NCBI GenBank assembly: GCA_045633385.1 | Contig: JAZQYE010000225.1 | Span: 1 to 37,144 of the forward strand | Source: Eubacteriales bacterium | GTDB lineage: Bacteria > Bacillota > Clostridia > Oscillospirales > CAG-272 | Length of the DNA: 37,144 nucleotides | Direction: 5' to 3' | Shown here: positions 8,992 to 15,802 of the stretch, piece by piece | Numbering within the stretch: the first letter of the stretch is position 1 | How the letters are laid out: each line of letters opens with the position of its first letter | Program-made: the position numbers and the translations under genes | Notes under the pieces: generated by a model | The model's database searches: none | The model's input: the letters and a program-made list of their open reading frames with translations, nothing else | Told to the model about the DNA's origin: nothing

Positions 8992-9025
8992 TGAACGGTT
9001 TTTAAATATTATGTAAAACCGTTCA
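8992..9025. repeat. Perfect 11-bp inverted repeat abutting the SASP ribosome-binding site
   Basis: TGAACGGTTTT (8992-9002) and AAAACCGTTCA (9015-9025) separated by a 12-nt AT-rich loop. Confidence 0.7.
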
Positions 9026-9340
9026 TGCCTTCAAATCGCTCGCTTGCGGCAAGCTCTCTTTTGAATGGAACCGCTTTACATAACGTTGTTTTCCGCTCGT
9101 TTATCTATATCCTCGAGTCGCGTTGTCCGCGGCTCTGTCATTATTGTGAACCGCAGTCGCTGTTTTATGAATGGAATTTTTTGTAGAAAAATCGGCAATT
9201 GAAAGCAAAGAAAAATCATTGCAGCGCAACGCACTGACATTATATTCAAATAATTTTGAATTGTCAATACGCCCACCATCATATATGGTAGTAGGCATAT
9301 TTCTTGACACAAAATGTTTTGTTAGAATGGAAGGTTGTAA

Positions 9341-9372
9341 CAAAAAGAGCGCCCACCATATGGTGAGCGCTC
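9341..9372 (-). terminator. Intrinsic terminator of the low-GC LRR gene
   Basis: On the minus strand, GAGCGCTCACCATATGGTGGGCGCTC hairpin (9347-9372) followed by TTTTTG, 21 nt after the stop at 9393. Confidence 0.75.
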
Positions 9373-9392
9373 GGGGAAGTATTTGGTTTAGC

Positions 9393-10856
9393 TTAACATA
9401 CCTGTGTTCCGTCGGAGCAGAAGATTTTGATTGCAGGGGTTTTATAGTTCCAACTGCTTGCAAATTTTATAGTTCTCCATTGTGCAACAGTTCCTTGAAA
9501 TTCGATGGTATTAAGATTACTACAATTGCGAAATGCATAGGATTCTAAGCTTTCTATGCTGGCGGGAAGTGTGATGTTCGTAATGTTACTACAGTCTTCA
9601 AATGCATGATCACCGATGCTTGTTCCACCTGTAATTACAACGGTTTTCAGCGATGTAGGAACACAATTTGCATTATCATAATATGTTGATGCACCAAAAA
9701 TAAAGCCCAAATGGTGATATGGTGTTCCGTTTTTGGTTTGTCCCCCAACAAACGGAATCGTGATACTTGTAAGGCTACTGCAATTCTCAAATGCTCCCCC
9801 TCTAATGTTGGTTACACTATCTGGAATCTTGAGGCTTGTCAACCCGCTGCAATTCTTAAATGCCCCCACATCAATACTCGTTAAAGTATCTGAAAATGTA
9901 ATACTTTCCATCGCGGTACAATCGGCGAATGCAGATTCTTCGATAACTGTTACGCTATTGGGAAGCGTTATACTTGTAAGCGCTACGCAACCTTCAAAAG
10001 TGGACTTTTTGATATTTTGCACGCTATTTGACATTGTGACGTTTTGTAAAGCGGTGCAACCGGTGAACGCTGATTCGCCGATTGATGTTACACTATCGGG
10101 AAGCGTTATATTCGTAAGAGCGGTGCAACCAGAGAATGCGAATGCTCCAATGTTTTTCATATTATTCGATATTGTTACACTCGTTAAAGCGGTACACTCC
10201 GCAAAAGTATAGTCACCGATGCCCGTCAATCTGTCGGGTGTTGTAATGCTTGTCAAGGATGTGCAACCATAAAATGCAGCATCGTTGATGGATTTTAAAT
10301 TGTTTGGCAGAGTGATGCTTTCTAAAGAAGTGCAATTTGCGAATGCGTAAATTCCGATGGTGGTTGCGCTAGGCATTGTTATGTTTGACAATGCGGTGCA
10401 ATTGTAGAATGCCATCGAGCCAATATTCATTACCCCTTTACCAAGAGAGATATGAGTTAAAGCATTACATTCATAAAACGCATTATCGCCAATGGCGGTA
10501 ACGCTATCCGGAATTGTAATTTTTGCAAGGCTACTACATCCTCGGAAAGCATCTTCTTTGATGATGGCGATGTTTTTGGACAACTTAATACTAGTCAAAT
10601 TGTGACATTCAAAAAACGCGCCCACTCCTATAGCAGTAACTTTGTAGCCGTCAATTTTTTTTGGGATTTTGATATCCGTAGCTGTGCAAGTACCAATATC
10701 TATGATGGTACAGGTTTTTTCATCATCGTTAATTTTGTAAGCAAGTCCCTTAGAAGAACTGTTACAGGCAGTAAGTGCAAGGATTCCCACAAAGATGATT
10801 AGGGAGGTAAGCAATGCAATTTTAATGTTTTTTCTCACTTTACTTTCCACTTTCAC
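9393..10856 (-). CDS. BspA-type leucine-rich-repeat (LRR_5) surface lipoprotein, low-GC
   Basis: 487-aa ORF. Lipobox ILALTAC; repeated units (T/S)I(T/K)(I/L)P(D/N)SVT-IG--AF--C--L. C-terminal cap FQGTVAQW...IFCSDG. The start is ambiguous between GTG 10856 and GTG 10838 (MRKNIKIALL...). GC is about 40 % against about 52 % in the neighbours. Confidence 0.88.
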   Translation of the reverse strand: MKVESKVRKNIKIALLTSLIIFVGILALTACNSSSKGLAYKINDDEKTCTIIDIGTCTATDIKIPKKIDGYKVTAIGVGAFFECHNLTSIKLSKNIAIIKEDAFRGCSSLAKITIPDSVTAIGDNAFYECNALTHISLGKGVMNIGSMAFYNCTALSNITMPSATTIGIYAFANCTSLESITLPNNLKSINDAAFYGCTSLTSITTPDRLTGIGDYTFAECTALTSVTISNNMKNIGAFAFSGCTALTNITLPDSVTSIGESAFTGCTALQNVTMSNSVQNIKKSTFEGCVALTSITLPNSVTVIEESAFADCTAMESITFSDTLTSIDVGAFKNCSGLTSLKIPDSVTNIRGGAFENCSSLTSITIPFVGGQTKNGTPYHHLGFIFGASTYYDNANCVPTSLKTVVITGGTSIGDHAFEDCSNITNITLPASIESLESYAFRNCSNLNTIEFQGTVAQWRTIKFASSWNYKTPAIKIFCSDGTQVC

Positions 10857-10881
10857 GTTTCAGCCCGTCGGCATTTTTTCT

Positions 10882-10910
10882 ATTATACCATATCTGTAAA
10901 ATTTTGTCAA
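10882..10910 (-). promoter_or_regulatory. Consensus sigma-A promoter of the low-GC LRR gene
   Basis: On the minus strand: TTGACA (10905-10910), 17-nt spacer, TATAAT (10882-10887), with TGG immediately upstream of the -10. Confidence 0.7.
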
Positions 10911-10917
10911 TACATTA

Positions 10918-10953
10918 ATATAATAAAGCGCCCACCGAAAGGGTGGGCGCTTT
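10918..10953 (-). terminator. Intrinsic terminator of the two-component operon
   Basis: On the minus strand, AAAGCGCCCACC-CTTTC-GGTGGGCGCTTT hairpin (10925-10953) followed by ATTATATT, 40 nt after the stop at 10993. Confidence 0.8.
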
Positions 10954-10992
10954 AGCGTTTATAAAAGCTCCGCGTTTTGATATTGCACTTTG

Positions 10993-11769
10993 TTACTTTT
11001 TAAATTGCAGCATGGCGCAGGTTTCTTCTGCCCAGCTGTATTGCGTCATGTATTCGCCGTGAAAATCGGGCTTGCCCGATTCGAGATAGCTGACGTAGTC
11101 GCACTTGATCAAGCCCGTATCAATGCGGTAGCACGGTGTTTCATGGCACAAAACGCTCTCGGCTCCTACCTTTTTTAAGGTGTTTTTCAAATCCATTACA
11201 AGCTGACGTAAATACGCCGCGTTTTTGTTATCGTCCGTGTTGTACGGGAACAAGACGGCACAGATCTGCTTTGCGGTCATGCCTGCACCGTTTCGGTCAA
11301 CCAAAAAAGCAAACAGCTCCTTGGTCTTTAAACGCTTGAATGCGAGCTGCTTGTTTTTGACGTACACCTCAAAATTGCCAAAGCACTTTACCGTAAGCAT
11401 TTTTTCTTTTTTGATAACGCCCTTGATGTTGTTGATCTCCTCTTGCACGTCCTCGGCGGAGATGGGCTTCATCAAATAGCCCGAAGCGTGAAGCTTAAAG
11501 GCGGGAATGGCGTACTCCTCGTATCCCGTGCAGAATACGATCTTGCAATCGGGGCGCATATCAATGATCTTTTTTGCAAGTGCAAGTCCGCCCATGCCGC
11601 GCATATGGATATCCAAAAAGGCAACGTCAAGCGAATGCTTTTGCACAAATTCGAGCGCTTCCTCACAGTTGGAAAATTTTGCGATCTCCGTAATATCGGG
11701 GGAAGCCTGAATTGCCGCTACCAGGGCACCGAGCATCAACGCTTCGTCATCAACTGCTATTGCAATCAT
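10993..11769 (-). CDS. Two-component response regulator: REC domain plus SARP/BTAD-like winged-helix output
   Basis: REC motifs VDDE, phospho-acceptor FLDIHM, CTGY and YLMKP. The C-terminal FGNFEVYVKNKQLAFKRLKTKELFAFLV resembles the wHTH of SARP-type activators, not LytTR, OmpR or NarL outputs. Confidence 0.85.
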   Translation of the reverse strand: MIAIAVDDEALMLGALVAAIQASPDITEIAKFSNCEEALEFVQKHSLDVAFLDIHMRGMGGLALAKKIIDMRPDCKIVFCTGYEEYAIPAFKLHASGYLMKPISAEDVQEEINNIKGVIKKEKMLTVKCFGNFEVYVKNKQLAFKRLKTKELFAFLVDRNGAGMTAKQICAVLFPYNTDDNKNAAYLRQLVMDLKNTLKKVGAESVLCHETPCYRIDTGLIKCDYVSYLESGKPDFHGEYMTQYSWAEETCAMLQFKK

Positions 11770-13625
11770 TTTTGTACCTCCTTTGGAATGGTGATCAGAA
11801 CCTTGGTTCCAACACCTATCGTGCTTTCAATATTGAGCGTGCCGTTTACCATTACCTTGAGTCGCTCGCGAATATTTCGCAGTCCCACGTGCTTTCGGTC
11901 GTTATCCTGCAAGGTGTTGGTGTCAAAGCCTGCACCGTCATCGGTTACCGAAATACAATAAGCCTTGTCGGTCTCGTACGAGAGTACGCGGATCGTTCCG
12001 CCGTGGGGCAGCTTCATCAGTCCGTGCTTGATCGCGTTTTCGACGATGGGCTGAACGGTAAGGGCGGGGATGTGAAAATCGTTGGAGCTCATTTCAAAGG
12101 TAAAGGTCATATCGGGAAAGCGCACCCTTTCGATGCTGACGTAGTGGTGCACGTGCTCCATTTCCCGTGACATTAAAATGGGCTTGTGGTTATCCAGCTC
12201 GCCAAAATTTCCGCGCAGATATTTTGCAAAGCTGTGTACCAGCTCGGCGGCTTTTGGCGGATCCAGCTTGCAGAGCTGCTCGATGCTGCCCAGCGTGTTG
12301 TAAACAAAGTGGGGGCGGATCTGGCTGATCATGGTGGAGATCCTGGTTTCGCTCAGCTGTGCGTCAAGTGCTATTTTTTCATTCTCCAATTCACGTGCTC
12401 TTGCCGCCGCGTTGATGCTGTGTGGAATGAGGCGGAGCACCATGATCATAGCAAGGGCAAACAAAATGACAAACACGTATTGCGAAATAATGCCGCCCTT
12501 CCAAGCACCGAGCACGTTTCCGATCACGTCAACGGCAAAGGCGATCAGGGGGAGAAGTGCGCCGATATAGATCCAACGCTCTTTTTTTCTCATGCATACA
12601 AACTCTTTTATCAGGCAGAATGCCAGCAGGACGTTTGCAAGGAGCTGTACGGCGATCCAATAGATCAGCATATCGTAAAAGAGAAGGTTGGCAACGATAG
12701 GCAATACGAGGAACACGGCGGTCGAAGCCCCCAAAATGAGGACAGTAACAAGTCCGATCCTTTTGGTCGAGTGAAGGAAAGTGGCAATGACCAGAGAAAG
12801 GAAGAACATATAAAACATCATGGAGATGCCTGAGATCGTGGTGTTGAAAACAATGGACTCACTCCAAAAGGAAACGCCGCTTGCGCTGTATGCAAAGTAA
12901 GCGCCTGCAAACAAAACGGTAAAGCCGAGTAACCAGATCAGGCGGTCGTTTTTGATATGGATCAAGCTCGAAAACAGGGCAATTCCCAAAAATACGATGG
13001 CAACCAGTATCAGCAAAATTCCCGTTTCCCGTTGCTGTTCTCCGCCTGTGATAGCACCCTTTTCAAAATCGATGTTATCCCAAATTGCCACACCCGAAAG
13101 CATTTCGTCAATGGCTGTCTCGTTTCCAAAGTGGTGCGGGTTGTGGATCCGGATTTCAACGAGGTCGGTCTTTTGACTGACAAAGGAATAACCGCCCCAG
13201 CCCTCGCCGCAGGCAGATCTGCCGAACAAGGGGTTCTCCATATCCATCACAAAGGGCTCGCTTCCAACCTCGTAAATCGTCAGACTGATGTGATCCGTGT
13301 AAAACGCAAGCGGTGCTTCCTCACGGTAAACGCCTGCGTAATTCCCAAGGGGATCCAGCATGTGAAAGTTGCCGCGGAGTGTTACGTCGCCCTTGGTAGC
13401 GGGAATATGCTCGCCGTTTGTAACGCTGTGCCACTCGCCGTCACCGATTCGGTATTCACCCTCAAAATAGATGTCCGCCACGAAAGGGGGGAGGGCTTGT
13501 ACGCTGGTGCTCTCGCCAAACCACAAAAGCGCTACGGCAAGCAACAACAGCAACAACACGCCTATTATCGGCAGGTGCGATTTTTGAAATATACGTGTAT
13601 GAAATCCGTTTTTTTGCTTCGGCAT
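11766..13625 (-). CDS. Sensor histidine kinase, LytS/YesM type (His_kinase PF06580 + HATPase_c) with ectodomain and 7 TM segments
   Basis: ORF track 11766..13640. ATG 13625 is preferred (GGAGG 8 nt upstream). An ectodomain of about 170 aa is followed by seven hydrophobic segments, then IRPHFVYNTLGSI (H-box of PF06580) and the ATPase blocks NAIKHG and DDGAGF. There is a 4-nt overlap with the regulator gene. Confidence 0.88.
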   Translation of the reverse strand: MPKQKNGFHTRIFQKSHLPIIGVLLLLLLAVALLWFGESTSVQALPPFVADIYFEGEYRIGDGEWHSVTNGEHIPATKGDVTLRGNFHMLDPLGNYAGVYREEAPLAFYTDHISLTIYEVGSEPFVMDMENPLFGRSACGEGWGGYSFVSQKTDLVEIRIHNPHHFGNETAIDEMLSGVAIWDNIDFEKGAITGGEQQRETGILLILVAIVFLGIALFSSLIHIKNDRLIWLLGFTVLFAGAYFAYSASGVSFWSESIVFNTTISGISMMFYMFFLSLVIATFLHSTKRIGLVTVLILGASTAVFLVLPIVANLLFYDMLIYWIAVQLLANVLLAFCLIKEFVCMRKKERWIYIGALLPLIAFAVDVIGNVLGAWKGGIISQYVFVILFALAMIMVLRLIPHSINAAARARELENEKIALDAQLSETRISTMISQIRPHFVYNTLGSIEQLCKLDPPKAAELVHSFAKYLRGNFGELDNHKPILMSREMEHVHHYVSIERVRFPDMTFTFEMSSNDFHIPALTVQPIVENAIKHGLMKLPHGGTIRVLSYETDKAYCISVTDDGAGFDTNTLQDNDRKHVGLRNIRERLKVMVNGTLNIESTIGVGTKVLITIPKEVQK

Positions 13626-13673
13626 TTCCGTTTCCTCCAAAGGGCGATAGATTATTTTGTATCAGCACTTATT

Positions 13674-13702
13674 ATTATAGCACAACGTTGCCCGTCTTGC
13701 AA
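13674..13702 (-). promoter_or_regulatory. Promoter of the kinase/regulator operon
   Basis: On the minus strand: TTGCAA (13697-13702), 17-nt spacer, TATAAT (13674-13679), preceded by TGTGC. Confidence 0.55.
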
Positions 13703-13761
13703 GACCTTGGCACAACTTATTCTGCTTTGTTTGTTAAAATAGCGGTAACGGCTGTTTGCTT

Positions 13762-13835
13762 AAAAAAAAACGACAAAAAACAGAATTTTTTTGATTTTTT
13801 TGATTTTTTTTGATTTTTTGTAACGCTTTTGTAAC
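13762..13835. repeat. Phased homopolymer A/T tracts (A9, A6, then T7-GA, T7-GA, T8-GA, T6, T4)
   Basis: Read directly: AAAAAAAAACGACAAAAAACAGAATTTTTTTGATTTTTTTGATTTTTTTTGATTTTTTGTAACGCTTTTGTAAC. T-runs start at 13786, 13795, 13804, 13814 and 13827, a period of 9-10 bp. Confidence 0.85.
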
Positions 13836-13843
13836 CCGGAAGT

Positions 13844-13852
13844 TGATATAAT
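13844..13852 (+). promoter_or_regulatory. Extended -10 promoter candidate for the diguanylate cyclase gene
   Basis: TGATATAAT (TG at 13844-13845, TATAAT at 13847-13852). No good -35 is present; the upstream T-tracts could act as an UP-like element. This leaves a leader of about 150 nt. Confidence 0.4.
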
Positions 13853-14005
13853 ATAGCTTATTATGGGTTCAACGAACGTATCGTTAACGTGTAAGCACCA
13901 CGGTTACGCGGTGTAAACGTAAGCTTTGAGAATTCGTTTCAAACGCAGGTCGGCAGGATAAGCGCCTGCTTTTACCGCGATTTACAAAAGAGGGGAGGGC
14001 ATTTT

Positions 14006-15580
14006 ATGAAATCCATAAAAAGCAAAATTCTTTTTATTGTTATTTTTGCTTTGGTTACGGTATCGGCTTCAGTTGGTTTTGTCAGTTATTATTTAACGCA
14101 TGAGATCATGCACAATAACGCAGATGAAATGTTAGATTTAGTCAGCCATGAAAAGGCAGCTGACGTTAACTCCATTCTGCAAAGTATGGAGGATACGGTG
14201 CATTTTGTCAATATTTATGCAACGGCACTGTTGTCGGACGTGGAACAACTTCAGGATATAGACTTTTTAACGCGTTATACGCAAGACCTCGAAAGCGTAT
14301 TTACAGAGGCAGCGAAAGAGACCGAGGGTGTCGTTGGTTATTATTTTCGACTTGCCCCCGAGCTGAGCACGCCTCGCTCCGGCTTCTTCTATGACAAGAG
14401 CGCGATTGGAGGTGCCTTTAAGGTTCAGCAGGTCACCGACCTTTCGCAGTACGCCCCCGACGACCGCGAGCACGTGGGCTGGGATTATGAGCCCCTGCAG
14501 GCAGGCAAGGCGATTTGGATGGAACCGTACGATAACCTCAATAACGGCATTCGTATGATCTCCTACGTCATTCCCGTGTACTGTGACGGCACGTTTATCG
14601 GCGTTTTGGGAATGGATCTTGCGTTCGATTTTCTGGCAGCCACTATCGACGATATTTCGGTTTACAAAAGCGGCTTTGCTTATTTGAGTGATGACGAGGG
14701 AGAACTTGTTTACAGCTCACGGGAGATTGGCGACGATGTGGAGAACGGTCGTTCTACTTATACCGAGGCTTCTGCTATGCTGGATAACGGAATGAGGCTG
14801 ACCGTTCGTGTAGGATATCAGGACATCCAGGGAGAGAGTCGCATTCTGTTGCAGAGTATTATTATTATCGACAGCATTCTTGCCGTCGTTTTCATTCTCG
14901 CCACGATCTATTGTGCCGACCATATCATCAAGCCGCTCAAAAAGCTGACCAAAATGGCAAAGGCGTTGGTGGATGGCGAAAAGATCACCGAATTGGCAAG
15001 CGACGCCAAGGACGAGGTGGGAATCCTTTCCCGCATCTTTATGGAGACTTCCGAAAAGCTGCAGGAAAACATGAGCTACATTACGGCGTTGGCATACCGC
15101 GATACCTTAACGGGGGTTAAGAATACCACCGCTTATAACGAAGCGATTGCCGACGTAGAAAAGCAGATGAATTGCGGTCGCCCGCAGTTTGGTGTGCTTG
15201 TGGCAGACGTAAACGATTTGAAGCTGGTCAACGATACCTACGGTCACGATGCGGGAAATCAAATGATCCAGCACGCCTCCCGTTTGCTGGGCGGTACCTT
15301 CCGTTACAGTCCGTTGTTCCGTATCGGCGGTGATGAATTTGCCGTTATTTTGACGGGCTTGGATTTTGAAAACTACCGTCAGCGACTCAAGCAGCTTGAC
15401 GAGATGTGCGAGCAGGACGTGATCCCGATCGACGGAACCGACATTTGTTTGTCGCTGGCAAGAGGCGTTGCAATTTATGATCCCGAAATTGACCGCACCT
15501 TTAACGACGTATTCAATCATGCCGATCAAGCCATGTATATGCATAAGCAGAGCATGAAGCAGTCGCAGAATGATATTTAA
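14006..15580 (+). CDS. Membrane sensor diguanylate cyclase (Cache-like ectodomain, HAMP, GGDEF)
   Basis: RBS GGGGAGGG. TM1 at aa 9-30, a periplasmic region of about 250 aa with Cache-like blocks (WMEPY, MISYVIPVY.DGTFIGVLGMD), TM2, HAMP (IIKPLKKLTKMA), RDTLTGVKN and an intact RIGGDEF (GGDEF at 15326-15340). No RxxD I-site occupies the canonical position. Confidence 0.9.
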   Translation: MKSIKSKILFIVIFALVTVSASVGFVSYYLTHEIMHNNADEMLDLVSHEKAADVNSILQSMEDTVHFVNIYATALLSDVEQLQDIDFLTRYTQDLESVFTEAAKETEGVVGYYFRLAPELSTPRSGFFYDKSAIGGAFKVQQVTDLSQYAPDDREHVGWDYEPLQAGKAIWMEPYDNLNNGIRMISYVIPVYCDGTFIGVLGMDLAFDFLAATIDDISVYKSGFAYLSDDEGELVYSSREIGDDVENGRSTYTEASAMLDNGMRLTVRVGYQDIQGESRILLQSIIIIDSILAVVFILATIYCADHIIKPLKKLTKMAKALVDGEKITELASDAKDEVGILSRIFMETSEKLQENMSYITALAYRDTLTGVKNTTAYNEAIADVEKQMNCGRPQFGVLVADVNDLKLVNDTYGHDAGNQMIQHASRLLGGTFRYSPLFRIGGDEFAVILTGLDFENYRQRLKQLDEMCEQDVIPIDGTDICLSLARGVAIYDPEIDRTFNDVFNHADQAMYMHKQSMKQSQNDI

Positions 15581-15627
15581 AGGTTTTGAAAAAACTTGCA
15601 AAAAAATGCATTTTTTTACAAAAGCTA

Positions 15628-15656
15628 TTGACTTTTTCCATGGAATGTATTACAAT
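15628..15656 (+). promoter_or_regulatory. Sigma-A promoter driving the riboswitch-controlled operon
   Basis: TTGACT (15628-15633), 17-nt spacer, TACAAT (15651-15656). Confidence 0.65.
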
Positions 15657-15667
15657 ATAGGAAATTG

Positions 15668-15755
15668 ATTATTTTGGCAAATCTGTCGAAAGGCAGAGAC
15701 GCAAAGCTTGGTGGCTAAGCAAAGGATATTTGTATGCTCGACCGGTTGCAAACTG
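15668..15755 (+). promoter_or_regulatory. Cyclic-di-GMP-I (GEMM-I, Rfam RF01051-type) riboswitch aptamer
   Basis: GGCAAATCTGTCGAAAGGCAGAGACGCAAAGC (15676-15707) matches the invariant GEMM-I core: GGCAAA, a hairpin capped by a GAAA tetraloop, then GACGCAAAGC. The second hairpin carries a tetraloop-receptor-like GCTAAG...TATGC. Confidence 0.85.
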
Positions 15756-15784
15756 TTTTTGTTTTGCAACCGGTCTTTTATTTT
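15740..15784 (+). terminator. Intrinsic terminator forming the riboswitch expression platform
   Basis: 13-bp perfect stem GACCGGTTGCAAA (15740-15752) / TTTGCAACCGGTC (15763-15775), 10-nt loop, then TTTTATTTT. The 5' arm overlaps the 3' strand of the aptamer. Confidence 0.85.
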
Positions 15785-15802
15785 GAAAGGATGTGACCCA
15801 GA

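Noticed and set aside
8973-9075. Sigma-G/sigma-F forespore promoter for the SASP gene
   Set aside because: A CATAATA -10-like element and a GCATG -35-like element are present but only 10 nt apart instead of 17-18. No arrangement fits the consensus well enough to annotate.
9006-10960. Calling the low-GC cassette a mobile element
   Set aside because: No transposase, integrase, tRNA attachment site or flanking direct repeats were found. Only compositional evidence exists, so it is reported as a finding rather than a mobile_element feature.
12186-13742. 215-aa and 261-aa plus-strand ORFs
   Set aside because: Antisense to the histidine kinase CDS. No motifs were recognised.
13853-14005. Second riboswitch or attenuator in the 150-nt leader of the cyclase gene
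   Set aside because: Only short hairpins are present (AACGA/TCGTT, and GCAGG/CCTGC followed by TTTT). There is no match to GEMM-I/II or other riboswitch cores that I can recognise. The terminator-like stem is only 5-6 bp.
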